Shown here: in pieces, positions 13,234-26,469 of the stretch
Layout: each line of letters opens with the position of its first letter
Numbering within the stretch: the first letter of the stretch is position 1
Assembly (NCBI RefSeq): GCF_006345805.1
Contig: NC_043000.1
Span: forward strand, 54,374,001-54,438,000
Source of the DNA: Octopus sinensis
Taxonomy: Eukaryota
Reading direction: 5' to 3'
Length of the DNA stretch: 64,000 nucleotides
The notes under the pieces: model-generated
Database searches by the model: none
Seen by the model: the letters and a program-made list of their open reading frames with translations, nothing else
What the model was told of the DNA's origin: nothing
Position numbers and translations under genes: made by a program

Positions 13234-13477
13234 AAATAATACAAATAATTCGCTAATTTTAATCAAGCATATCACATAACATAGGTTTTCATTGAATTAG
13301 TTGAAATAGCGCGCGCACGAACACAAACATACGCATAGGTCTGCGTTTAAAAAGCTTCTCTCGCGCACACGTCATTTTGGCTTCAATCTCACGGCGTGTC
13401 TTTTATTTTTATCTTGGTCCAATCAATGCTGCCTGAATGAATTTGGTAGATGGAAGACCATCTTGTGTGTGTGCGTG

Positions 13478-13532
<55 letters not shown>

Positions 13533-13559
13533 ATGTGAGTGTTCGCTCCCCGCTAGCCC

Positions 13560-13873
13560 CCACTTTGTAAGCCCAGTACTTATTCTATCAGTCAGTTTTG
13601 CCGAACCGCTAAGTGACGGGGACATAAACACACCAGCATCGGTTGTCAAGCAATGCTAGGGGGACAAACACAGACACACAACACACACACACATATATAT
13701 ATACATATACATATATACATATATACGACGGGATTCTTTCAGTTTCCGTTTACCAAATCCACTCACAAGGCTTTGGTCGGCCCGAGGCTATAGTAGAAGA
13801 CACTTGCCCAAGGTGCCACGCAGTGGGACTGAACCCAGAACCATGTGGTTGGTAAACAAGCTACTTACCACAC
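13560..13873 (-). mobile_element. CORE-like tRNA-derived SINE, family B (OR2-like)
   Basis: The reverse strand gives a tRNA-like head, CORE-like ACCTTGGGCAAGTGTCTTCT, an internal CA/TA tract and a 3' module; colinear with 40300-40710. Confidence 0.88.
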
Positions 13874-16096
13874 GTTGTTTTCTGTTCTTAATTATCTAAA
13901 TTCTTCCTTCGAAAAACGTGCTGGTTTCTAACAAAGATACAAAGCTTCATCGTTGGATTGTAGATAGCCAAAGAATGTCACATTTTAAACCTGAAACGTA
14001 TCTTGCATAGTTTTATTATTCTGCTTACAGACTGTATTTATAATGTGCGGCTCAGTTGATTTCTTTTCCTAAAAATCCAAGCAGCTGATTTGTGTGTATA
14101 TGCATGTATAAAATATAAACCTAAATGAAGTTGCTCTGTTTATGAAGGTGTTAATACAAACTGCGCGACCGAGCGAATTCGATTCTTAGTGGTTCAGGTA
14201 TGCTTTTAAATGCTATGACATAATCTATACACATCAATACACTCGTATACAGAATAAAATATACTTTTAAGGTGCACACAAATTTACATACACCCTAACA
14301 TCCATACACAAGCAAGCAAATTCGTGTATATGTATGTGTGTGAATGTATGTACGTAGATATGTATGCATGTATGAATACACGTATATATACATACACACA
14401 TATCAAACCATTTTTATCAAAGACTGCTTTGTGAAGAATATATCGGAGAAACTTCGAAGTAAATTTGCCATCATTGATAAAATTATTTTGACGCCACACC
14501 AAGGCTGGGTACTTTAATCAGTCCTGTTTTAGGAGCCAGGGGTGATTCATCGAAGTAAATAGACACCACTGATAACAACTACTTATACATTTATACATAC
14601 GTGCATATACATATTCATACATCTATACACATACATATTCATACACACTTAGAGAAATACATGCGTACTCACATTTTTAGAAACTGCTTTTACCATTCAG
14701 TATGGAAACTTCGAAGGGAAAATAAGACATTGATAACATTTACGCACACACACAGACACACTCACACACACACAAACACACACACACATATATAAACACG
14801 CACACCCGCACAAACACACATATATACATGAAAGGAATTCTTTTCCTTTTTCAATATAATCGAAAAATACATATGTATGTTCATACACGTGTGTATGGGT
14901 TTTTAGAACGAAATGAAAAATCTTAAGAATTTCTTTAAAATTTTCTATATATCTTCAGCCGGTTCCATTGCGTGATTAACAATATGTAAAGCATGTGTAA
15001 ATTGAGACAGTTACTTAGTATTTTATTTTTCTTTCCCTAACATCAGTTGTTTTGGTGGAATAGCCTTAGAAAGCAACTTCCATTTAATTGCTGTTTGTAT
15101 TTCTTAATAAACGCACATATTTTTCATGTTTTTATTTGACCGGTACTATTATAAGTAGAGAAATACAGTGGAGACCTTGATATTCCGGAATTTAATTGAC
15201 GCACTTGACTCCAAATGTTGTTTCACTGGTATTGTCAGGTACTGGGGTCTTATATTCGGATATGATGAAGATTACCTAGTCCAAAGAGGATTAATTTCCT
15301 CAAAATCAATTCTGTTTGCCATATGTAATAAGCAATTATATTCCAGTAGATTATTTATTTGTCCCTGATTTTGTTGACAAAGAATCGCATTAAATGTTAA
15401 TCTCCCTTGTTTCCCTTCTCACTGGTATAAAATTATTTTTTTGTTTTTTTTTAAGCTATTCTAAGTTTAGTATCTGAAACATTTTTGGATTTATTCCATG
15501 TGAAAAATCATTATTTGCCATATTGTGTGCAGTGGTATCCGAATTATGCTTTGCACATTTATTCTTAATACGTTCCTAAAAATGCAAACACAAATATGCT
15601 AGACAATGTAGTGTACGTTACAAGAAGACAGTTCCCTTTCACAACAATAATGTGTTTATAACGCAATCGACTCATTGGCGCAAGAGATTCTGAGACGCCG
15701 GTGTTTTGACATATTGTGTCTCGTCAGTTGGAAATACTTGGACATTTGAATCTAAAAAGCCACTGGATTTGCTTATAAGCTGAGCGAACAAACTGTTCCT
15801 TGATTAGTGCTTATACCTACCAACCGATAAAAAAAACTTATTTGCGCTGTAAACAGTGAGATCTGGAATAAATATTTGCCTATTTTTCTTAATACATTTC
15901 AGCACACCCGAACGCAAATATGCTGGTCGCTGTTGAGAAGTTACAGGTTAACAATTTCCCCGTTTTACGACGACAATATGCTCATAAAGAAATCGGCTCA
16001 TTGACACAAGGGAATGCGTATATGTGTGTGAACGTATGTGGGCTAGTGTGCGCGCGTGCCTAGATTTATTTATGATTTGTGTTCTTATTTATAGTA

Positions 16097-17361
16097 TTAG
16101 GTTGTTCCGAAAATAATAGCCTCTCTAAGTGTTGTGCTTTGGAACGCAATTTTATCATAGTATTTTAATTATATTTTAGGTGAATTTCGACATACTTAAT
16201 AATTGATGTATGCACTTTAATAATGTTCTATTTATTTCAGATAGAAAACATTCTTGAAACATAGGCGCCCTTAATTATGGACATGATAAAAACGACTTTC
16301 GCTTACTTTTCTTTTATGAGTTCAAGCTTGGGCACAATACCTCCCAAACTGCTGCCAATATCAGTAGAGCATTGGGAGAGGGGTCCACAAGTGACCGCAC
16401 AATATGAAGGTGGTTTCAGAATTTCCGAAGTGGTGATGAGAGCCTTGAAGTAGCTAGAGGACAGTCATGCAGTCTTGACAATGAGCAATTGAAAGCAATT
16501 GTTGAATAAAAATCCACATCAAATTGTCAGAGAAATGTCTCAGGCCCTGGATGTCAGTATTGCAACGGTCTCACGCAATCTGCAGAAAATTGGTAAGGTG
16601 AAAAAGCTCGATAATTCAATACAGCATGAGCTCAATGAAAATTAAAAAGTTCGGCGTTTTGAAGTATGTTCTATGCTCTTTCTGCGAAACATCAATTATC
16701 CTTTTCTTGACTGAATATTCACTTGTAATGAAAAGTGGATCCGTTATGATAACCGTAAACGATCGGGTCAATGGCTTGATTGTAATGAGCCCCCGAACAT
16801 TTCCCAAAGCCAAATTTGCATCAGCAAAAGATTATGGTGGCTGTCTGGTGGTCTGCAACTAGTGTTGTTCATTACAGCCAATCAGAGTATTACAGCAGAA
16901 GTTTACTGCAATCAACTCGCTGAAATGCATGCTCACTTGCCAAAAATGTGACCTGCATTAGCGAATCGGAGTGGCCCAATTCTGCTCGACGATAATGCAA
17001 AGCCACATGTTTCAAGAATCATGCTGCAAAAAATCACAAACGTGGGATACGAGACTTTACCACACCCTCCATATTCTCCTGATCTTTCACCCACCGACTA
17101 CAACCTTTTAAAGCATTTAAACACGTTTTAAGTGATGAAACATTCAGGTCCAAACTGGAGGTGAAATCAGCTTTCACGGATTTCTTAGCATCAAAGCCAA
17201 TAAGTTTTGATGAACGTAGTATAATTATTTTCTTTGATCGATGGCAGAGATGCATAGATGTTCGCGGCTCATACATTGACTAATCACAACATTTCAATTG
17301 TTAATTTTTCCAGAACAAAATTATGTTTTTGAAATCGGCCATTATTTTCGGAACAACCTAA
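16097..17361 (+). mobile_element. Full-length mariner (DD34D) with disrupted transposase
   Basis: TIRs TTAGGTTGTTCCGAAAATAAT / ATTATTTTCGGAACAACCTAA with TA flanks; 1265 bp; DNAKPH and YSPDLSPTDY motifs; stops and frameshifts. Confidence 0.95.
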
Positions 17362-18151
17362 TAGTAATTCTACATAACCTTCGGGGAATATTCATTCATC
17401 AATAGTAATGAAATATTGAAGCCACGATGTTTACTGTTCGTGTTTTCCACTGTGTTTATAACTCAAATATATTTAACCACATCCTTTTTTATTTGGTTTA
17501 CGAAAATAACTAAGTTAATTCTTTGCGAAAATAACTAAGTTCCAGAAATTGAGCAGTAAAATGTATTTTATTTGAATATATAAATGCATCATACACATAC
17601 TTTGATTGAATCCATTTGTTGAGTATGTACTGTAAGAAGTTGTTTCTAAGACTACTTTTTCGAGCACCATGGAACGTTCGTATTTTTGGCAATGCATTCC
17701 TGTTACATTTTGAAAAATATATTACATGCACTGCATAAAGATAAACAATTATTGTGACTCTCTGGCGATAATTTTATGTAGAAATGGGGAAAATGTCAAC
17801 CTCTGATATTTTAATCCAATGTTCACATCACTCGCTTTATACATTTATGCTTTCGGCACATACAATTTAGATAAATTCGAAATTTTTATCAAATATCCGC
17901 CTGAAAATGTACGTCTTGATTAAATATGAACTTAAACGCAATATAGTGAACGTGAAGATTATCGTAATATACACACGCACGTGCACACGCACACATACAC
18001 GCACACACACACACACATACAAACATGCACAGACACATACACATGCGTGTGCATTCACGAAAAAGCGCATACATATACATAAATACACATACGCAAATAT
18101 CTATTTATTTGTGAATGTGTGTGTTTCGGCGTGTGTGTATGCAATGATATT

Positions 18152-18305
18152 CTGCACTCTTTCCGTTTGTCATATTCTCTCACAGAGCTTTATTCGACCC
18201 GAACCTTTAATAGAAAATACTTGCCTAAGGTGCTGCTCATTCAAATTGAATTTGAATGTACTTGGCAGCGAAGCGTAGTTCTTTATTACACAACCACTCA
18301 TACTG
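18152..18305 (-). mobile_element. Old family B SINE head and CORE
   Basis: atacttgcctaaggtgc corresponds to the reverse CORE motif. Confidence 0.6.
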
Positions 18306-18434
18306 TACATATATGTATATACTGTATATATAGGCGCTCATACAGACACTGAAATACGCACACTCGCATATATATATGTGTGTGCTTGTGTGTGTGTGTG
18401 TGTGTGTGTGCGCGTCTGTGTGTATGTATAAATG

Positions 18435-18474
<40 letters not shown>

Positions 18475-18549
18475 TCATCAAGCCGTTGTCCCTGCATGGA
18501 TGCAAACAAATTATTGAAACAAGGAAAAAGTAAAAGATATATACATACA

Positions 18550-18970
18550 TATCTTTTTCATTTTCCTTGTTTCAGTAATTGTTTGCGGCCATGCAGGGGC
18601 AACACCTAGAAGAATTTCAGTCGTATGAATTGGCCCCAATGCTTATCTTTTAAACCTTGCTATCAGACCCTTTTCACTGAACCGCTGGATTATGCTCACG
18701 TAAACAAACCAGAACTGGTTGAAAAGCGGTGGTGGTCGACAAACACACACTAAATCACACACACATACACATACATGCGCACACACACGCACAAAGACAC
18801 ACACACATATGCAGTTGACTAAATTCAGTTTCCGCCAACCAAATCCACTTACAAACTTTGGCCCACCCTAAGCTATATTCGGTGACACTCGCCAGAGGTG
18901 CCACGCTGTAAGACTGAACCAGGAACACTGTGGTTGGTAAGCAAACCTTTTACTACACCGCCACGCCTGC
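18550..18970 (-). mobile_element. Family B SINE, full length, diverged
   Basis: Tail, CA tract, CORE and head all present in reverse order. Confidence 0.8.
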
Positions 18971-19554
18971 AGTCATATGCATCTATATACACATTCATAT
19001 ATACCTACACCCCCCCACACACATACACACACACACTCTCTCTCTCACAAAACAATGATAAAAAGAAATCCAGACAATTTTTGAGAAGTGACATTTTGCC
19101 CCCTTCTAAAAGACAACAATAATTTACTATTGAAAGACTGACCAGCTGGATTTGTCATTTCTAAAACCAAGAATCATTTACTATTGAAAGACTGACGAGT
19201 TACAAAAATGTAAACACATTTTTTTCTTCTTTCTCTCTTCCTTCTTTTATTCCCTTTTCCATTTGACACATCCTTTCAGATACACATACACACACACGCT
19301 GTCTCAGTTTCTTCCCATTCCTCACCCTCTTGTACTATCTTATATCTTTCTTCACCCCTACACGCTCAATAATACAATAAAAAGAGACAAAATTCCTGCA
19401 AAAGTTCAATTTGACAACTCCACTAGAGTGGACGAAAGTGTTAATATATGATATATGATATATAAAAACATGTAACATACTAATAAATATCTGTAAATAT
19501 AAAACCATTCATATTACTGAGTACCTCATTTCTTCTAATATATATATATACGAT

Positions 19555-20605
19555 GATGAGGGATTCTCTTGTGAACGACGCACGAGGGTTCAATAAAATG
19601 AAGCGTTAATCATATTCTCTGGACACGAATATGTCTTCTGAGGCTTTCTGGTGCCTTGCAAACCTTTTGCTAAACAGAACAAGTTGATGACTCAGTTTGT
19701 CTGATTGCTTGTGGAACATTAACTAATATGCTTTCTTGAACGGGCGGCATGTTAATCTTCCTTCGTGCCACAAAACAAAATGACAAGTAAGGTTTCCATT
19801 TAGAGGAGCAGTGCTTTGCCAGCATGCCTTCATGCTTACATGAAGTTGCTCCCATGCTTGCATGAAGTCGACTTTGCTCAAAGCGTTGATCTTAGGAGAA
19901 GTAGAATTTGCGTTAGGTCCTATGTTCTGATCTTTTGTTTTCTTAGGAAGAAAAGGTAATATTTCATCGCTTCAGATTGTCTTTTAGTTTGCCTTTGAAG
20001 CCCAGAGTGGCCTTCCAATGAACTTTCTGTTAGGAATTGACCAAAGAGAAGTTGCTTCAAAATTCTGATATCACTCATACGTGAGAGATGACAGGTATTT
20101 TGATGACGAACGCTTCATTTTGTTAGTACCTCACTGTTATGAAAATGGTCACTCAGTTTTGTGTTGGAGATAGTATGCAAGTATTGCACATGAAAAGTGT
20201 CAAGCTGGTTGATGTGCGTTCGGTACAGAGTTCAAGTTTCAGCATCATGAAGCAATGTAATCAAGATCACCGGCATACATACATCAAATTTTATCATTAA
20301 TGATACGTTGTGGTCGTTCCAAAGCCTGTGATAAAGCTTACCGAAAGCGGAGCTGGTGTTTCTGATTCTGGATTCTATTTCTTTATCCATCTTAGCATCA
20401 TAGGGCACAATGGGACCAAGATAAGCGAAGAGGAAGCAGTTTTTAATGCTTTCTCATCAACATATACTATAGGGTCAACAGCGGGAAGATGGTTACGAAT
20501 GTGCTGATAGACAAGCTCAGTTTGTTTGATGCTGATGGTCAGACAAAAAGCCTTCCATGCACGCGATATGTAGTTTAGAATAAATTGCTTGTCTTCGAGA
20601 CTGTG
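19555..20605 (-). mobile_element. RTE-clade (BovB-like) LINE, 3' fragment, decayed
   Basis: FCLTISIKQTE, MDKEIESRIRNTSSAFGKLYHRLW, LLHDAET*TLYR and HLSRMSDIRILKQLLFG are RT C-terminal motifs of RTE elements. Confidence 0.85.
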
Positions 20606-21274
20606 TGTTACAATTTCACATACACAAACACACACTCATGCATACGCACACACACCACACACACACACACACTTTTACGCACATAAAAGGATGTTATAAT
20701 TGCTTTCTATTGGCGCGTTATAACATTACTACTGCTCAATAGTCGTATATACATAGTTGAAATCCCTTGAGTGCGTATATATGTGGTTTGTCAATATTAA
20801 CGGCAGGGAGTTTATGGGATAGTTTAGAATGCTTGAACCATGGTAGTCAATTCCGTCACAGGTGTCAGGTCTACAATAAATAAAACTACAATGTGGAAGA
20901 ATGGTGCATTGATGTTTTGACAGGTGAGAATGTGACAAAAGAGACAGAGTTGATTAACTCAGCTCACCGTAATAACCTCATATTCTCTCGAATTGTCCAA
21001 ATACCGAGGTGGACTCTTAAGTGACTTCATAATGCGATGTGTGTGTGTATCTGTGTATATTTGTTTGTGTGTGTGTGTGTGTGTACTGGGTGTGTTATGA
21101 TTTCCTTAATTTTCTTGCTTTGTTTTTGGGAATGAAATATATTTGTATGTATGTGTGTGTGTGTATGTCCGTGTGTGAGTGTACTTATAGATATATATGC
21201 TATTTCTAAAAAGCTCGGTGTGTGGTAAAGTAAATTATTTTACTTTACCCTATCTTTATAAAGTAATATTTCAA

Positions 21275-21333
<59 letters not shown>

Positions 21334-21673
21334 TTATATGTATATATGTGTATACGTGATTCTAGGTGAACAGCCCCACGAGTAATTGCCCGATGGACAC
21401 TGGCGTGCGGAAAATGCCTGATATATATCTGCCCGATAGGAGCAACTGCCCGGTAGATATCTTCGCGACACTTTCACTTTATCTTTATCTGTTCATTTAT
21501 TTCACTTTATCTATCATTTTTCACCCTAAATCTTATTTTGTATGTACTACCAGGTGGTATCTCTCTCCTAATTTTTCACCTATATATATATGTGTGCTTT
21601 TGTGTGAGAGTGTGTATCCGTCTGCCTGTCTGTCTATCTATCTATTTATCTCTCTCTCTCTCTCTCTCTCTCC

Positions 21674-21704
<31 letters not shown>

Positions 21705-22627
21705 TTCACCTATATGTCTATCTATCTATATGTAGCATATCTTATACGTATACGTTGAGAAATAGGTACGTTTGATTTTGGGTGAAATTTTCTAGGATTG
21801 TTCAAGTGTGGAATATTTTGAAGCATACAGCATGGGATAACTATTGACTAATATTTCTATATTACTAGAATTATTGCCTCTACTAAAATTTTCATTGCGA
21901 GATATGCGCTATTTTCTGTACAATACTTTCAGTCTTTGATATGAAAGAATATCATATTTTATGGATATATATGTGTTTGCTTATGGTAATAAAATATACA
22001 TTGCTTTTGTGCTGTATCTTTCTTCAATGATTTCTGATTGCTTAGGTTCTTTGAAAGTGAAAATCTTAAGGCAGATGCATTTCTGAAGCTTTTCACATTA
22101 AAAAGATCACAGCCTATATGAAAATATGCGCTTAGGTTACATCTAGTCATTTAAAGATTTTGTCATCTAAAATTTCATTGTCAATAAGCTTTTCTGTACA
22201 TAGGTAATTGTCCTATAATATACCAGTTTCTAACTTTTAGTTAAGAGTCTTTTCCGTATCTACTGAATTCCGGTATATTAGTGTTTCTATATTATCACTC
22301 ATTAGAATATGAGAAACTATGAGTAGAATATGAATACACACACACACAAACATGTTTATATATATGTATATATATGTGTGTATGTAAATGTGTATGTATG
22401 TATATTTATATATATGTATGTATATATTATGTATATATCTGTATATATATATATATATATATCTGTATATATATATATATATATGCAAGTATATATATGT
22501 ATATTGATATAATATATATATATGTATATATACATATACGAATATATATGTATGTATATAATATGTATATGTATACATGTATGTATATATGTATGCATAT
22601 GTATATTTATATGTACATATATATATA

Positions 22628-22677
<50 letters not shown>

Positions 22678-22799
22678 ACAAGCATGAGTCAAAAACATGT
22701 ATGGGATTTCCAGTGATGAGTTTGGCAAATTGTATCTCCATGTTGTATCATTAATTTTATATAAATTGTTGTCCAATTGTTGTTGTATCGCTTATCGTT

Positions 22800-23915
22800 T
22801 ACTTTTATATATAACACATATTGTTTACTCTTCATTTTACAGCTTGGGTAATAAGTGGTGGAAAAGTTGCAATTAAGGCTGTTTTGCGCTATAATGGAAG
22901 AGAAAGTCTGAGTGGTAAAAGAAATTGATGAAATGGAAGCTCAGGAACTCTTAGCAAGCGTGGCACAAAATTGGTTCAGACTTTTCAAGAAGGTGGCACC
23001 AGCCTCGAGGACAAACTAAGGTCAGGGAGACCTACTGTTGTGGAACGTAAGGCCTTGCTTGAAGTAGTCGAAAAACCGCCAAACACAACCACTTACATAT
23101 TGTTGTCAGAACTTCGTCTTTCACAAAGCACCATCAGGTGACACTCCCCATCAACTCGGTCTAATGAACAGACGTCATCGAGAAGCTTCTCTTGAACTGA
23201 CCAATGACCAAGCTCAATGATGTGTGAACATTTGCGAACAACTGCTGCCAAATCCTCGAGTAGCTCTGTTTTGGTATCGATTTGTAACTGGGATTGAAAA
23301 ATGAATACTTTTTGGTAATCTCAATAGGAGAAACTAGTGGGTTCATTCTGTCCAAGCTTCAGAATCAGTCGTCGTACAAGGGTGGTCTGCACATGAGATC
23401 ATGTTGTGTTAGAATTTCAAGGGGACGTTGTACTTTTGAGTATGTTCTATATGGTCATGCTGTGAATGCTACCCTTTATACTAAACAACTGCATCTAATA
23501 TATTATGCCTGGAAAACCCACTGCCCGGAACTGGACAATCGAAGAAGTGCACTCTTACAGTGTGACAATACCCCAGCACACACTACTAATGTAACCATGT
23601 GCAAAATTTGAAGAGATTGATGAACTGGAAGTGCTACGACATCCTGCCTACAGCGTACACCTTGCACCATCAGATCATCATGTTCTCCTAGCCATGGCAC
23701 TTTTCTTGTAGGGACGGAATTTCAACAACGTGGATAAGGTTAAAAATGGGTGCAGCAAGTTTCTTGTCTCTGAGCCAAATGTTATAAGTGTGGTACTGAG
23801 CACCTGGCATAAAGATTGCAGCAGCCAATAAAATATGAAGGGTATATATTTTGATGACTAAACTCTTTCCGTACGTAATTTGTTTGAACTATTAAAGCTG
23901 GAAATACTAAAAAAC
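22800..23915 (+). mobile_element. Decayed mariner, copy 1 within the duplication
   Basis: WFRLFK-like HTH, RSGRP, CDNTPAH and HPAYSVHLAPSDHH motifs with many stops; TIRs not recognisable. Confidence 0.85.
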
Positions 23916-23961
23916 TGTCACAGCCTAGTGTCTCCCTCCCGCTCCCCCTCTCACTCAGTAT

Positions 23962-23994
<33 letters not shown>

Positions 23995-24119
23995 CTACAA
24001 GCATGAGTCAAAAACATGTATGGGATTTCCAGTGATGAGTTTGGCAAATTGTATCTCCATGTTGTATCATTAATTTTATATAAATTGTTGTCCAATTGTT
24101 GTTGTATCGCTTATCGTTT

Positions 24120-25235
24120 ACTTTTATATATAACACATATTGTTTACTCTTCATTTTACAGCTTGGGTAATAAGTGGTGGAAAAGTTGCAATTAAGGCTG
24201 TTTTGCGCTATAAATGGAAGAGAAAGTCTGAGTGGTAAAAGAAATTGATGAAATGGAAGCTCAGGAACTCTTAGCAAGCGTGGCACAAAATTGGTTCAGA
24301 CTTTTCAAGAAGGTGGCACCAGCCTCGAGGACAAACTAAGGTCAGGGAGACCTACTGTTGTGGAACGTAAGGCCTTGCTTGAAGTAGTCGAAAAACCGCC
24401 AAACACAACCACTTACATATTGTTGTCAGAACTTCGTCTTTCACAAAGCACCATCAGGTGACACTCCCCATCAACTCGGTCTAATGAACAGACGTCATCG
24501 AGAAGCTTCTCTTGAACTGACCAATGACCAAGCTCAATGATGTGTGAACATTTGCGAACAACTGCTGCCAAATCCTCGAGTAGCTCTGTTTTGGTATCGA
24601 TTTGTAACTGGGATTGAAAAATGAATACTTTTTGGTAATCTCAATAGGAGAAACTAGTGGGTTCATTCTGTCCAAGCTTCAGAATCAGTCGTCGTACAAG
24701 GGTGGTCTGCACATGAGATCATGTTGTGTTAGAATTTCAAGGGGACGTTGTACTTTTGAGTATGTTCTATATGGTCATGCTGTGAATGCTACCCTTTATA
24801 CTAAACAACTGCATCTAATATATTATGCCTGGAAAACCCACTGCCCGGAACTGGACAATCGAAGAAGTGCACTCTTACAGTGTGACAATACCCCAGCACA
24901 CACTACTAATGTAACCATGTGCAAAATTTGAAGAGATTGATGAACTGGAAGTGCTACGACATCCTGCCTACAGCGTACACCTTGCACCATCAGATCATCA
25001 TGTTCTCCTAGCCATGGCACTTTTCTTGTAGGGACGGAATTTCAACAACGTGGATAAGGTTAAAAATGGGTGCAGCAAGTTTCTTGTCTCTGAGGCAAAT
25101 GTAATAAGTGTGGTACTGAGCACCTGGCATAAAGATTGCAGCAGCCAATAAAATATGAAGGGTATATATTTTGATGACTAAACTCTTTCCGTACGTAATT
25201 TGTTTGAACTATTAAAGCTGGAAATACTAAAAAAC
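24120..25235 (+). mobile_element. Decayed mariner, copy 2 within the duplication
   Basis: Same inactivating mutations as copy 1. Confidence 0.85.
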
Positions 25236-25278
25236 TGTCACAGCCTAGTGTCTCCCTCCCGCTCCCCCTCTCACTCAG

Positions 25279-25312
<34 letters not shown>

Positions 25313-25514
25313 TTGTCGCTCTCATGATAAACGTGATCGTAGTTTCAGGGCTGGACCGGGTAGTGAGGTGTGTTCGTGAACAAAACACTTCGACTCATGG
25401 GGCTCTGCGATAACTTTTACACCTGACGTGTTGTACATGTATATGTGTGTGTGTGTGTGGATGTCTATATATATATACATATATATATACACATAAATAT
25501 ATACATATATATAT

Positions 25515-26245
25515 TTTTTTGCTCTAGTTTCAGCTCAGAGCTGTGGGCATGCTGATGCACCGCCGTTTTGCTACACTGCTATTACTAAGAGCCTCCTGTA
25601 ATATGTGGCATTTGGTGAAGCATGGAGTTTGATATAGCTACCCTCATTTGCACCTCTTGCCATGAGGTAGGTTCATCTTGGACTCTCGACAGGAAGAGGT
25701 CCAGCTTGGATTTAAAAAGCCCTACATCTACTTTGTGCAAGTTCCTCAGACTCTTAGGGAGAATATTAAAAAGCTGTGGGCCCTTGAAACCCAGGCTGTT
25801 GCAGCAACTGGTCCTGAAGCGTGATGGCATTGCTGGGACCTATATATGCAGTGTCGTCCCGTTCTGGCATTGTAGCTTTCAATGCCAAAATTTGGCAAAA
25901 TCTCTTCCACGATCTTCCAGATATATATTACTGCATACCTCTCTCGTCTTCTCTCCAGGGAGTAGAGACTTAACTGTTTCAATCTTTCTCAGCAGCTGAG
26001 CTGTTGCAAAGAGACGATCTTCTTTGTGAATGTTCTCTGGATTGCTTCAAGATCTGCTGTTAACTTCACACTGGTGGGTGACCATAGCTGTGAGCAGTAA
26101 TCCAGGCGGCTGAGGACGAATGTCCGCCAGAGGACCATCATGGTTTCCTTATCTCTGGTTCTGAATGTTCTTCGGATCCTTCCAGTCAATCGTCCGCACC
26201 CTGTCGCCGTCCTGTTAATGTGCACTTGGAAAGAGGTATCATCAT
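25515..26245 (-). mobile_element. CR1/L2-group LINE 3' end with 3' UTR and A tail
   Basis: RTFRTRDKETMMVLWRTFVLSRLDYCSQLWSP, LYSLERRRERY, GPQLFNILP and FKSKLDLFL; 5'-truncated at a CA tract. Confidence 0.9.
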
Positions 26246-26281
<36 letters not shown>

Positions 26282-26469
26282 TAATGTTCATTTCGTGTGA
26301 AGTATTATATAAAAAAATATCACCAAACTGAAGAATTACTCACTACTTTTTAGTTGACTACATATTAACTTTTACAAATAAAATGTTGACACTAGCTTTG
26401 AAGTTTTGGCTTGATTGCATTCATTAAATTATCAGATGAAGGTGACCAACTTACAGGAAGTAATTCTTG

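Larger units (their letters stand above)
22676..25279 (+). repeat. Near-perfect tandem duplication (~1.32 kb period) bounded by (TA)n tracts
   Basis: 22676-23959 vs 23995-25279; by eye only one homopolymer indel and two substitutions; duplicated ORF-track entries are offset by 1320. Confidence 0.97.

Noticed and set aside
19122-19196. CRISPR-like repeat-spacer
   Set aside because: Only two copies, eukaryotic context, no cas genes.
22340-22675. Overlapping 100-179 aa ORFs on both strands
   Set aside because: Degenerate TA/TG microsatellite.
23294-23611. 105-aa ORF and its duplicate at 24614
   Set aside because: A frameshifted piece of the decayed mariner transposase.
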